From positions 224,688,001 through 224,752,000 of the forward strand of contig OX597814.1 of NCBI GenBank assembly GCA_951406725.2: DNA of 64,000 nucleotides, read 5' to 3'. The position numbers and the translations under genes were made by a program. This DNA is from Octopus vulgaris (lineage: Eukaryota). Positions 1-13,370 of this stretch are shown in pieces. The notes beneath the pieces were generated by a model. It worked only from the letters and a program-made list of their open reading frames with translations, was not told the DNA's origin and searched no databases. Every line of letters begins with the position of its first letter. Within the stretch, counting starts at the first letter, position 1.

Positions 1-1808
1 TACAAATTTATTTTAATGAGGAGATAACCTGGTCATGTTTATTCAGTTTCAGCCCTGCCATGACCATCTCAACATGATTTTAGTCAGTGTGACAAGGACT
101 GCATAATTCCGTTTTTTTTGTTTTGTTTTTGGTAGGGGTAGATATGACCACAATATATAGCAGGTTGATAACCATGTAAAAGCCTCACCAATAGACTCAA
201 ATTTATGATAATTTAGCCTGATATCAAATGTAAGAATAGTGATGAGAGTAAAGACAGATGTTTTTCATTCTCTGAATACCATTCCATGCAACACTGCATG
301 TGGGTTAGTTTGTGCCTAACATGTTATATAGTGTCTTCAGACAGTTTTTATAACATGCTGCATGAGAGAAGCTTTCTAGTCTCTAGCTTAGGAAGAGGGT
401 GCTGTGAGCCATTCCCCATGACCTCATTTTAGTGCAGTGAATTTGATTCTGTGAGAGTTAAAAGGAAGAAGAATCAACTCTAAATTTTGTCTGGTATTTT
501 ATTTATAGATTCTGCAGGGATGAAAAGTAGGGTCGACATGTGCCGAATTTTAATACAGAATGCCAGGAACCAGAATAATTACTGCAAGGCTTTTGTTTGA
601 TGTTTTAACGAATAAGCCAAATTACTGCATTAAAGATAATAGTGCCCAAGACTAAATGTATCACAATGTTTAGTTTCAACTCTCTTAGTTACAATAGTGT
701 CAGAGCCATTTTTATTTTTCCTTCCTTGAGTCATAGCCCAAGGTCAGCTCTGAGATAAGCAGATTTATCATCATCATCTTCATTTAGCGTCCACTTTCCA
801 TGCTAGCATGGGTTGGATGGTTCAACTGGGGTCTGGGAAGCCAGAAGGCTGCACCAGGCCCAGTCTGATCTGGCAATGTTTCTATGGCTGGATGGCCTTC
901 CTAACGCCAACCACTCCGTGAATGTAGTGGGTACTTTTTACGTGACACCGACACAGGTGCCAGACGAGGCTGGCAAACGGCCACGATCGGATGGTGCTTT
1001 TTTCGTGCCATCAGCACGGAGGCTAATCGGGGCGGCGCTGGCAACAGCCACATTCGGATGGTTCTCTTACATGCCCCCGGCACTGGTATCACAGTTACAA
1101 TTTCCATTGATGTTGATCGATTTTGATTTTGATTTTGATTCTGATTAAAGATATTTCAGCCATAACCACCTTATTATTTATTCAGACTTGGTGTATCAGG
1201 ATCTGCATTATCCAACGAGTAGGGTTTTGTATGGAGATTTGATTTATATATCCAGCAGATTGATTGGCCTGAAAGGTGTGGTCTAATTTGTTTGAATGAT
1301 TTCAGTAATATGAAGGAATTGATTCAAAAGGTTATGTTCCTTCTCATGCAAAAACAATAACTTTTTGCCAAATGAAGAAACAAACATAGCAGTGTGGCCA
1401 ATCAATATTGGATTCCTTTACCATATTTAGTGCAATTATAGTTTCCAAAAGACATCCACTTTAGCATATCAATAATCAATTGAACTAGCTTCGAATAATA
1501 CACTATTTATACAAATCAGGTTTTCCAATTTAGTGAAGTCCCTAATTGAGACTACACACACTGTCTTTGTCAATAAATCACAGTTGGGTTTATAGTTCCT
1601 GATGAACATCCTACATAGTACTAAAGATGGCTGAACTGATTCCTTATTCTTTGCTCTAGAGATATTGTATATGTATGTTTACATTTGCACTGTATGTGCT
1701 GGCTAAACCTCGTACTTCTACAGTAGTGTTACATCATACATTTATTCACATATTTAGTTTTCTGTCTTTTGGTGACAACTTCAACTTCTAAGATCAATAA
1801 TAAAATCA

Positions 1809-2225
1809 CAGGAGTGGCTGTGTGGTAAGTAGCTTGCTAACCAACCACATGGTTCCGGGTTCAGTCTCACTGCATGGCATCTTGGGCAAGTGTCTTCTGC
1901 TATAGCCCCGGGCTGACCAATGCCTTGTGAGTGGATTTGGTAGACGGAAACTGAAAGAAGCCTGTCGTATATATGTGTATATATAATATAAGTATGTGTG
2001 TATATGTTTGTGTGTCTGTGTTTGTCCCCCTAGCATTGCTTGACAACCGATATTGGTGTGTTTACGTCCCCGTCACTTAGCGGTTCGGCAAAAACAGACC
2101 GATAGAATAAGTACTAGGCTTACAAAGAATAAGTCCCGGGGTCGATTTGGTCGACTAAAGGCGGTGCTCCAGCATGGCCGCAGTCAAATGACTGAAACAA
2201 GTAAAAGAGTAAAAGAGTAAGAGAG
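1809..2225 (+). mobile_element. SINE family A (tRNA head, CORE-like segment, internal TA/TG microsatellite, AAGAGTA tail); representative copy
   Basis: A-box TGGCTGTGTGG, B-box GGGTTCAGTC(C/T)C, CTTGGGCAAGTG; about 18 copies in the window. Confidence 0.9.
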
Positions 2226-2289
2226 AGAATAATACACTAGGACCTATTGTAATTAGCTGCATACTCCTTAATTAGAAAATGTAGTTTCA

Positions 2290-2655
2290 TGCTTTTATTC
2301 TTTTGTTTCAGTCATTTGACTGTGGCCATGCTGGAGCACTGCAACATGGTCAAACAAATCAACACCGGGACTTATTCTTTGTAAGCCTAGTATGTATTCT
2401 ATTGGTCACTTTTGCTGAACCGCTAAGTTACGGGGACGTAAACACACCATCAGTTGTCAAGCGATAGTAGGGGTACAAACACAGAAACACACACACACAC
2501 ACACACATGACTCTGTCTACCAAATCCACTCACAAGACTTTGTCAGCCCAAGGCTATAATAAAAGACACTTGCCTGAGGTACCATGCAGTGGGACTGAAT
2601 CCAGAACCATGTGGCTGGTAAGCTAACTACTTACCACACAGCCACTCCTGCACCT
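2290..2655 (-). mobile_element. SINE A
   Basis: Reverse-complement homology to 1809-2225. Confidence 0.9.
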
Positions 2656-3089
2656 ATATAAAAAAAAAAAGAAAAGAAAAGAAATTCCAGTTTTATGGTA
2701 ATCTGCGGGTCTTAGTCCCCCTGATAAATAACTGAATCATTACTATCTATCCATTCCTAGAGGAAGGGTTTCACTCTCCAGTTTGCTATTATCTATTATT
2801 ACCTAAACCTAGGGTCTTTCATCTTATGTAGAAGATCCTAATTTACCATTATCTCTTAATCTCCATGTTTCTATACAGGCCTGTGTTAGATATATTTGTA
2901 TTGAAATATATTGAAATTCGTCTCAATTCTGTATCATTTTGTCCACGAGGCCCAATATTCAGATTTATTCTTTGTTGTTGTCTGTTTTGCGAATGTTTGT
3001 GCATGGTATCAGGATTTTCACCTGTGTTAGTCAGTGTAGATTACAAAGACAGGACAAGGGCTCTCATAAACTGAGGAAAAGTTGCTACT

Positions 3090-3490
3090 AGGTGTAGGAG
3101 TGGCTGTGTGGTAAGTAGCTTGCTCACGAACCACATGGTTCCGGGTTCAGTCCCACTGCGTGGCACATTGGGCAAGTGTCTTCTGCTATAGCCTCAGGCC
3201 GACCAAAGCCATGTGAGTGGATTTGGCAGATGGAAACTGAAAGAAGCCCGTCGTATATATGTATGTATATATATGTTTGTGTGTCTGTGTTTGTTCTCCC
3301 AACATCGCTTGACAATCAATGCTGGTGTGTTTACGTCCCCGTAACTTAGCGGTTCGGCAAAAGGGACTGATAGAATAAGTACTAGGCTCACAAAGAATAA
3401 GTCCTGGTGTCGATTTGCTCGATTAAAGGTAGTGTTCCAGCATGGCCACAGTCACATGACTGAAACAAGTAAAAGAGAATAAAAGAGAAA
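3090..3490 (+). mobile_element. SINE A
   Basis: Full-length homology. Confidence 0.9.
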
Positions 3491-3554
3491 AATCATTTTC
3501 GATTTAGCTTCATCATAGAAAAAGGTGTGTTTTGGCCTTTTATAACCCACCACC

Positions 3555-3588
<34 letters not shown>

Positions 3589-4409
3589 TCATAATCAATT
3601 GCTTCCTTCTCACTAACCCCATCAACGGCAGAGGCAGCGACCTCAGCAGTATCATTAATGTTGCTATTGCTTTAGGTTCATAATGGTCATTGCTCAGATG
3701 CCGAATGGGTCAGTTAGGATTACTACAATATTAATCACTTGAAGGACAACTGGGCAATGTGGTTTTAGATATATAAAAAAGAAGGCCTAGTCACAGCTGG
3801 ACCTGCTTAGTTAATCAGGTTGTTATTATTATTTAGCCCTAAATCAGTCTTGGTTCAGTTGTGGCCATCCTTCCTTTATAAATCTAAAACAACATCATCA
3901 TCATCATCATCGTTTAACATCCAGGTTCCATGCTAGCATGGGTTGGACGGTTTGACTGAGGACTGGCGAACCAGATGGCTGCACCAGGCTCCAATCTTGA
4001 TCTGGCAGAGTTTCTACCACTGGATGCCCTTCCTAATGCCAACCACTCCGAGAGTGTAGTGGGTGCTTTTACGTGCCAGTCAGGCGGTACTGGCAACGGC
4101 CACGAAAATTTGCGTTGCTTTTTTAACGTGTCACCTGCACAAGTGCCAGTAAGGCGATGCTGGTGAAAATCATGCTCGAATGGTGCTTTTTACGTGCCAC
4201 CAGCACGAACGCCAGTTAGCCAACATTACCTAATATGTCCTTCCTTAGTTAGAGAGTAGGGTGTGGTTTGAGGCTGCTATTTCTAGCAGGTTGAGTGACT
4301 GTATAGTCTTTTATATTGTCTCATAATTAATGAGTTAGTTCAAGAAGCTGTTATCTATAGTGACTGGCACAACAGGATCAGCAATAATAAATACAGAAGT
4401 TAAGGGGAG

Positions 4410-4800
4410 AGGAGAATTGCAACTGCTTTAAATTGATGGATCAGATTATGAATGTAGTTAGGAAAGTCACTAAGAAATTAATACAAACATACTTGAGCTG
4501 AAAGTAATACAGTATAAGTTTGTGTTACGACTTGGAACCAAAGAGGTTAAATTTTTAGTAAAATCTCTACAAAAGAAGCTTTTAACCTGAAAGAAAAGAG
4601 CTCTAAATTACAGTTATTGATGGATAGAAAGCATTTGGCAAGGTGACAAAGTTCCATCTTTTGTCGTTTGGTGACTGAAAGCGCAGATGAATACCTTGTG
4701 AGAGATGTTGAAGCTATTTATAAAGATGTAAACAAGCAGTGATTTCATTGAGACACTTTATATATAGGTGAGAATATAATGGGTTAATGTGTATTTCTCT
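4410..4800 (+). mobile_element. Heavily decayed RTE-type RT fragment
   Basis: Remnant KLMDQIM..VV..QYKFV..LGT..FLVKSLQ.K..KAF..V resembles LINE RT domains 1-3. Confidence 0.5.
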
Positions 4801-5500
4801 GTTCTTTTCAAAGGCCCTGAGCAAATTTTCGTGGGTTTCTGACTTTGTTTTATAAGTTTTCCTATTCTGGGAGTTTAATCCTCATTGGAGGAATACAGCA
4901 GAGTTTGTGTTTACAAAAATGTGCTCTAGGATTTCTGGAGACTTGGGAGAGAATGGACATTCAAGTGCATAGAGTTGTTGACAGCCTTAATAAAAGGCAT
5001 CTGAAAATGTAGGGCTTCCCTAGAGAATTGAGTGAGCGAAGATTCAAAGGATCCAATATGTGCTGTTTTGCAAATTTATGTAGCTCATGCCAGTAGGGAA
5101 AATGATTCTCAAGTGTTCATGAGAATCATTTTCCATCTAAAGTCTTTTCATATTTTTAGTTCTTACTTGACTGGCTTCTGTGCCGGTGGCACATAAAAAG
5201 CACCAACAGATCGTGGCCGATGCTAGACCCCTCGGGCACCTGTGCAGGTGGCACGTAAAAAGCACCCACTACACTCGCAGAGTGGTTGGTGTTAGGAAGG
5301 GCATCCAGCTGTAGAAACACTGCCAGATCAGACTGGAGCCTGGGGCAGCCCCTGGCTCCCCAGATCCCGGTCGAACCGTCCAACCCGTGCTAGCGTGGAA
5401 AACGGATGTTAAACGATGATGATGACTTGGAAAAGTGTCCCTTATTATTGTTATATTTGGGGATGGCCATATTTTGCCAATTAAACACATGCACCATATA

Positions 5501-5540
<40 letters not shown>

Positions 5541-7020
5541 GTCATGATTTCAGCCACTCTTTATCCCACATGTTTCCTCTTGTTCTGCTTATTCCAAAAG
5601 TAGAATAAGTGGAACAAGAGAAGACACATGTGATAAAGAGTTGCTGAAGAGGGCACAGGAGGTGTGACAAAAGGGCTTTGAGAAAAAAGCTAAAATAATA
5701 ATAATAGTTTCAAATTTTGTGGGAGGGGATGTGTTGATTACATCAACCCCAGTGTTCATCTGGTACTTAATTTATTGGCCCCGAAAGGATGAAAGGCAAA
5801 GTCAACCCCAGTGGAATTTGAACTCAGAATGTAGTGAGGAGTGAAATACCACTAAGCATTTAGCTTGGTGTGCTAATGACTCTACCAGCTCACCACCTTT
5901 AAAATAAAATAATGATAATAAAAATGAAATGAAGGCTTAATATAAAGTGCTTGTGCTTAATTTGCAAAATATCGCCATCCCCCAAGTGTAGCAATATTTG
6001 TTTCAATACATGATTTCACATCAGAAATCCTGAAAGACAAATAGATAAAAGGTGTCCTTTATTTTCTGCCCATTTAATGTTTCTTTAAAAAACAAACCAT
6101 CTGCATCTACCTGATCCTGCACTATCCTAATCTCTTTTTAGGTTAATATTCTTAGGTTAGCACTACTTCTGTGAACCTGTCTTCCTTCATAGTAGCACCT
6201 ACTCTGGAAACCATTTATTGTCAGCCTATGGCATTGTTCCATCCAGCTTGCAATTCTCTGTTTGCATCACATTATCAAACAGCTAATTCATCTTCCCTGC
6301 ACACATGAACTGATACTTACAAAGCCCAAGCACTTTCTCAGGTTAAATACACTTTTGTTAACACTGCTTCATAGTCCATAGACATCTTTCATGGAATCCA
6401 CACTATCATTGCAAACATTCAGGCCAGGTCTCTGGTTTGAAAATAACTTTGTTCCACTAGTTTCGGAACTGATAAGGGGCATGAGTGCAGCCTGTCTTCC
6501 TTTGATTAAATAATTAAGAAAGTGAAACAAAACACAACCATGCTTCCAATGTCCATCCATTGGATCATTATCAGCTTGTACCTTACTGCTGTGATATTTT
6601 GCACATCCAGCTTAAGGCTTCTCTACAATATTGTATTTCTTACCTTTCTATGTAGGCTTCACATAGCATCCCTATTATTACCTCCTAATGTATGTTTTAC
6701 ACAGCATCACACTCTTAACCTCATTACTTGACACAGCTTGCTCTTTGCAATCATACAAAAAGCCTGAATTTCTTGTCGGAGTCCATGTGACTTAGTGATA
6801 ATATTACTTTGTTATTTCAACTTAAACCACTGAAAAAAAGCAAAGGCTTTGAATTGTAATATCCTGTTGTTGAGCCTCATCTGGGACAATCCTATGTTCT
6901 TTTAGGAATATCTAGGACCACATTTTCAAATGTTTCCCTTCTAGTATGTCCATATCTCTATAGGATGTGATTTGAAGGAGATGCAACTGCTATTTGTGTC
7001 AACTCAATCAAATTTGAATA

Positions 7021-7702
7021 TCTATTATATAAAATCCATTCTGTCTGTCTGTGTTTTTTAGGATCTTGGGCATCCTCCATCTGATTGCTCTCAAATTTGA
7101 TATGTAGATACCGATGGTATCAGGGCATGTATAAGTCTTAAAGAATTACAAAAATCAATTCTAGATGAGAATGCGATCAATAAAGCCGTGGGAACGTGCA
7201 TTTGTATGCACAAGTACATTAGCTGTTGCGATTGATACTACGCATACGTGAAAAGAATGCAAAGGCACGTTTCTTTCCTGCCAAGCTTACTGTTTAAACC
7301 ATGTTTGTGTTCTCCCAGTCAACAGCCTTATCATTACTGGTACTTTAAACTCTTCGGTTGCATATTTGTGTGAATAAAATCGTTTTTCTTTGGAATAGAA
7401 AAAACGTCTATCTTTATTTCTTCTTTTGCTGGTGTCTCAAATTTAGGTTAAATCAGTGTTTCTCAAAGGAGAGGACTATGGGACGGTCGGACAAGTTGTT
7501 TTGAGAAAATTTGGTTTAAATGTTTGACAACTCAGCACTGTCCATTGGAGAGGTGGGGGCGTTTTGCTCGTTTGTATATATTTTTAGTAGTTATTTTTAT
7601 AACTGGATGTTGTCCTAAGCACACCACTGTAATATATAGTGAAATGTGTTGGTAACCTTTGCAATAAGCCTGTCTTGCTTACAGGTATAACATAGTTACT
7701 AG
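7021..7702 (+). mobile_element. Non-autonomous Helitron
   Basis: A|TCTATTATATAAAA..TCTGTCTGTCTG start; CCTGT..ACAGG hairpin then CTAG|T. Confidence 0.7.
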
Positions 7703-8011
7703 TAAAATTGAAACTCAAGATCATGTCTGGGCAACAATTAAACACTGTAATACAGAGTATATCTATTATATTTGTTCCTTTAATTGTATGACATTACTTT
7801 TGAAATACTTATCGCCAAATTCTCTTCCATCAAGACTAATACTTTTAACCTTTTAGCATTTAAACCAGCCATATCCAGCCAAAATATACAACCAGTTTTA
7901 TTTCCAAACTGGTCTCTCAGATCCAGCCTCTCAGGCTTACTTTATGATTTTAGTCTAAAAATTAATAATCATGTCATTGAAATTTCAAAGCCGCAAAATA
8001 ATGCACGACAC

Positions 8012-8145
8012 ACTGTGTGGTAAGTAGCTTGCTTACTAACCACATGGTTCCGGGTTCAGTCCCACTGTGTGGCACCTTGGGCAAGTGTCTTCTACCAAAG
8101 CCTTGTGAGTGGATTTGGTAGATGGAAACTGAAAGAAGCCTGTTG

Positions 8146-8176
<31 letters not shown>

Positions 8177-8362
8177 ATATGTTTGTGTGTCTGTGTTTGT
8201 TTCCCCAACATTGCTTGACAACTGATGCTAGTGTGTTTACATCCCTTTAACTTAGCAGTTCAGCGAAAGAGACCGTTAGAATAAGTACTAGGCTTACAAA
8301 GAATAAGTCCTGGGGTCGATTTGTTCGACTGAAACAACTAAAAGAGTAAAAGGGTAAAGAGA
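8012..8362 (+). mobile_element. SINE A inserted in a TTAA MITE
   Basis: MITE halves at 7845-8010 and 8362-8430. Confidence 0.85.
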
Positions 8363-9164
8363 CTAATTCAAATCAATGTGAATAAAGAAACATTACATTT
8401 AACAGAGAAATCTGAATGCCAAAGGGTTACTCTAAACATTGCCCTGCATATTAGTAACGTAACAGCCTAGGCTAACCAAACTTTCCTTAGAAAAATGCCA
8501 GCAAATATTTTGTGCATTTTATGCTTATAGTTTTTAAGTTTGTTTTGATTCCTTTGTATGATTTCATCAGCCCCTTAAAATGTTATCATCTTAGAATATA
8601 CATCCTTTCTTATCCACATCACTACAACTCTCTTTTTCATTGGTCTGTGTAGTTGTATATTATTGTATTTAAAATAATACTAAAACTCTAGGGATGTTTG
8701 TGTACCTGAAATATCTCAGAAATAGTATATTTTATCTTAATTTTTTTATTTTGCTTATTTATTTTCATACTTTCCTTCAGCAGTGCAGTACAGATTTTTG
8801 TGACATTTGGACCGCTATTTATTAATGAAAATGAGTAAACACAATTTTTGTTTGTTTATTTCTTGACAAAAAAAAAAAACATGGCTTCTGTGACATAAAC
8901 ACATGTACAGAATACACACATATAATGTCATGGCATGTCAATCAGCACAAACACATGTCTGCTATCTGTGACATGCACACACATAGTCTTTGCACTCTTT
9001 AAGGAAAAAACTTTGACTTTTTGACATACACAATATTTTAATCATTTAGAAATATCTTTAACTGAATGTGATTTCAAAAATGAAAGTTGTTTGTACAGTA
9101 AGTATTTATATTTTAGCTTTCTTTAAACAGACATTATTTTAATGTTTTTTAAAAATTATTTTCA

Positions 9165-9398
9165 AGTTATTTTCCTTAAAAATTTTTTATCTATTTACTT
9201 TTGTGTTAAAATGAAAGAGAAGAGAAAGTGAAAGATGTATGTACGTGTTTATGAAATGGATGTGTGTGAGAGAGAGAGAGTGAAGGAGTGTGTTGTCGTA
9301 TATATACATGCATTAATACATATGCGTACATCTTTTTTGTATGTATGTGTGCTTGTGAAAGAGTGAGTGAACATGTGTTCTCATATATGTGTAAGTCC

Positions 9399-9433
<35 letters not shown>

Positions 9434-9530
9434 ATGTCCATTTCATATACAAGTTCATACATCTTTCACTTTCTTCTCTCTTTCACTTTAAAACAAAAGT
9501 AAATCAAGAAAAATTTTTTATGGAAATTAA
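9165..9530. repeat. Fold-back or MITE-like element with ~115-bp arms
   Basis: aaagtgaaagatgtatg / catacatctttcacttt and tttacttttgt / acaaaagtaaa. Confidence 0.8.
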
Positions 9531-9665
9531 CAAAAAAAACCCCAGCTGATCCAGATGACAGTTCTGAGAGTCAAAGCAACAGTTCTGAGAGTCAAAGTGA
9601 AAGATTGCCCCAAGAGAATACCATTACAAAAGTTTTTTTGAGTGCATTCAATGTATTTCAGCTCC

Positions 9666-9784
9666 AAAGATTTGGCTGCTATTTCTAGCATGCCCTCCTA
9701 CCACGTAACAGCTATTTGCAATAAAGGACCTGAAATACCTGTTACATGGTCGCAGGGCGTGCAAGAAATAGCAGCCAAATCTTT
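9666..9784. repeat. Compact palindrome (~55-bp stem) whose arm matches a dispersed motif
   Basis: aaagatttggctgctatttct / agaaatagcagccaaatcttt. Confidence 0.85.
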
Positions 9785-10143
9785 CCTTTTCCAGGGAAAG
9801 GAGCCATTTACACATGATTTCAATGTCACATTAGTTGAAAGCATGCAAAATAACCTGGAAAAGAAAAAACAAAACCGATAAAACAAAACTCTATTGCTGG
9901 GAAACTCAGATTTTCAAGGTAACCCAACAGGTCATGGGTAGTTTAGTTTTCTTCTAATTCAATTCAGATTTAAGTTGCCTTCATGTTTCATCATCTCAAA
10001 AAAAGATAGAATACACATGTCATATGACAGGTCAGTTTGAAGATGGCTTCATTCTTAAGGAGGAGCTACAAATATATATTTTTTAAGACTTAGTTCATAT
10101 AATCTGTTTCCTTAATTGAAGCATAATAACTTTGAGGTTAACT

Positions 10144-11209
10144 TGGGTTTTCATTGAAATTGTGGATGAAGACAACTAAATGTTGTAAAGCATTAGTCCA
10201 AGCCTTGACCATTTTGCCAACATCATAAAACAGAATCTATTGAAATGTCTGGCTTTAAAATATATCTTATTGATTCGGATAGACATGATCTTGGTTGTAG
10301 TAGAAAGGGCATCAGCAAGTAAAACAAACTCATTCGTGCTAACTTGCAAAACACGATGTAAAAATAGTTAGAGAGGACGTCAGACTTCCATTCTATAAGT
10401 GTTGAGCTCAAATCCATTATTTCAAGTGTTTTATGTATTTTGAGGTCTCTGTAATGGCTCAATTTGCTAGAAATAGCAGATAAATCTCTTTCAAACCACA
10501 CCCTACTGTCTTACAAAACAAAGGTATGATTGGTTAATTAATGTCTGACTGACAAAAAGAAAAAAAAAGATATGGTTTGAATGTTTTTGATTATAGATCT
10601 GCTTGATTGGGATTGATCTATGGGCTAAACAACAACATACCTCAGTTCACCTATTTTGAATAAATGCCAGATCATCTGGAAATCTCAACTGCAACCGACT
10701 GCCACACTAGCCAAAGGGAAAGTTATTTTATCTGCAAAGTGCTGTAAAACCAGAACCAGGCACCGACTCTTAGGGTCCTCTTGAGGGCTTTTGGACGCGC
10801 TAACTCTTATGTCTGTCATTGGCAACATCTTGCCAAATCTTGTGCTGGACAGAAATAAGAAAAAATGGAAGTAGCTCAGTGGTGGGTTAACATCAAGAAT
10901 TAGCTCACATCTTATTGGTTGACATTGCCCGAAATGAATGAATGATTAAACTACTGTAACAATCTCCTAGGCCGAGCTGCCAACAATAACTCTCTCAACC
11001 ACTTCAAACCCTACCATGATATTTTTTTTTTTTTTTACTTGTTTCAGTCATTTGACTGCGGCCATGCTGGAGCACCGCCTTTAGTCGAGCAACTCGACCC
11101 CGGGACTTATTCTATCGGTCTCTTTTTGCTGAACCGCTAAGTAACGGGGACGTAAACACACCAGCATCGGTTGTCAAGCAATGCTAGGGGGACAAACACA
11201 GACGCACAA

Positions 11210-11257
<48 letters not shown>

Positions 11258-11736
11258 GACAGGCTTCTTTCAGTTTCCGTCTACCAAATCCACTCACAAG
11301 GCATTGGTCGGCCCGGGGCTATAGCAGAAGACACTTGCCCAAGATGCCACGCAGTGGGACTGAACCCAGAACCATGTGGTTGGTTAGCAAGCTACTTACC
11401 ACACAGCCACTCCTGTGAACATTTGAAGGATGGGTGAGATAGTGTATGAGTGCTTTGTGTAAAACTTGCATTAAAATGATACTAATACATTGATAAATAA
11501 ATTAAATATTTTCTGTGTGGATTCTAACTGATATGAAATAATACTCAACATTCACATTGATCGTTGTTTTAGGTCTGGTTTTCAACCAAGATCATGTCTG
11601 TCCAAATCAATAAAGTATATTTTAAAGCCAGACATTTCAATAGATTCTGTTTTGGTATGTTGGCAAATTGGTCAAGGCTTGGACTAATGCTTTACAGCAT
11701 TTAGTTGTCTTCATCCACAATTTCAATGAAAACCCA
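10144..11736. repeat. ~154-bp inverted repeat pair (10144-10297 / 11583-11736)
   Basis: tgggttttcattgaaattgtggatgaagacaactaaatg.. is the reverse complement of ..catttagttgtcttcatccacaatttcaatgaaaaccca. Confidence 0.9.
11033..11415 (-). mobile_element. SINE A
   Basis: Homology. Confidence 0.9.
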
Positions 11737-13149
11737 TCTTGGACTGACTCTGTTTCATGTATCTGGAGTTAATATTCTGGGGGTTAATTCAATCAATTGT
11801 ATTTTAAACTAATAACTTGTGACCTTAGATCAGTGGAAACAAAACGAAAATCATCTAAATTTCTGCTAGGGTATTGCTATATCGATTTGAAGATATTGAA
11901 TTTGATGTAATGTGCAAATCATTCCTTCCCAAATGTTTTTAACTCCTTTCTCTTTTTAATTAGTATTTATTCAATGCCCCCTTGCTGTTATTTGGTGCCT
12001 TCCTTACCATTTTTAATGCATGCACGCACACACACATTCACACACACACTATTAGGCCTGAGAAATTTAGTTTTGGGTTCAGTCCCATGGACTGGCACTT
12101 TGGGCAAGTGTCCAAGGGCCATGAGTTATTTCAATAAGCTGATACTGAAAGAAGCTCATTGTGTGTGTGTGTGTGTGTGTGGCAGGGGGTGTTGGAGTGT
12201 ATCATTGTCTTGATATCATGTGATGGTTGTAAATGAGCATTTCCAATCTTTCATGAAAAATATTTTTGGATATGAGGGAAATATTGTCTTGCTTGGAAAT
12301 GTGTGAATTCTGGTAATAAATAGGATGGGCATTCAGCTGTAGAAAGACTTCCTAAAAGAATTCTGTCTAATCCATGTAAGCGTAGAATAGTGAAAATTAA
12401 AATGATGTTAATGTACAAGTTTGACCCAGACAACTAGTTACTAAAGCACCATCCTACTATAAGCATAGAATAGGTTTTTGTTTATTTACCTATTCAGTTT
12501 TGAATTCTTTTATTAATGTTGCAATTTTAACAAACAGGCTGCTGTTTATCATATTACATTTAAAAGTTAATATTTAAATAGGTCAACAAACAAATAGCAA
12601 AAATGCTGTACCGATGCATGTGTTGCTCTATACTCTTCCCTTTCTGCCCAGTACCCATATAAGATTATCCATGATGCCCCCCCCCCACCTCTGAATGATA
12701 TTGCCCGCTTTGATAAACACTAGTGTATAAAGATGAATTAGATATTAAATTGTACATGGCCTCTGCATCCTGGTAGTTGTGAGTATACTGTTCATTTAAA
12801 TCAGTGCTTCTCAACCATTTTTTTTCCCTTTGCCCCACCTTTGATTCCTATTTTACTCTAGCAGACCCTAATAAACATTCAATGTTTTAGAAAGTCCCAT
12901 TATATTTTTATGATTAAATATTCTATAAGAAAAATTGTTAGGGTGTTGTGTATTGTCAAAGGATAACCCGTTTATTGCATGCAATTTTTAATAACAAAAT
13001 CTTTTGCGGACCTGATTTAAATGATAAAATAAGTTCTACTAATGTTAGTGAAGAAGAGAAGCAAGAGCAGAAGTGCTCATTATTTCTTTAAGCTCTCTTT
13101 TACTGGAGAATAGGAATGAATGACTTTTTGAAGAGGCTTGAATGATTTA

Positions 13150-13370
13150 TGTAGAGTTTTGACTTGGAGGTTTAGAGTTTAAAGAGTTTTGACAGGAAGT
13201 GAGTTTGAAGAGCGCAGTTCTGCGAAAGAACAGCTGGACCAAAAGTGTATCAGATAGTGACTGGTCACAAAGACATTCTGTGAATGATGGAAAGTATGCA
13301 TCAAGGAGGCTTAGTTTGTTGCAAGTAGCAGTAAAAGAGAGAAAAGATGCAACTTCGAAGTGATCTAATC
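13150..13370 (-). mobile_element. Possible L2/CR1-group LINE 3' coding remnant
   Basis: Minus strand VAS..SF....FFRRTAL.NSL-like remnant. Confidence 0.35.

Noticed and set aside
1595-1645. CTGATGA-containing possible hammerhead
   Set aside because: No proper GAAA and no convincing helix I or III
6200-6790. Coding-like decayed block on the minus strand
   Set aside because: No recognisable protein motif; left unassigned pending a BLASTx or Dfam search
9558-9597. 21-bp-period tandem duplication
   Set aside because: Ordinary slippage duplication with two copies only
11569-11598. LGLVFNQDHV reading resembling WIPI3 exon 1 (GFNQDH)
   Set aside because: No GT donor at the required phase, no fitting upstream peptide, and it overlaps the arm of an inverted repeat; treated as coincidence
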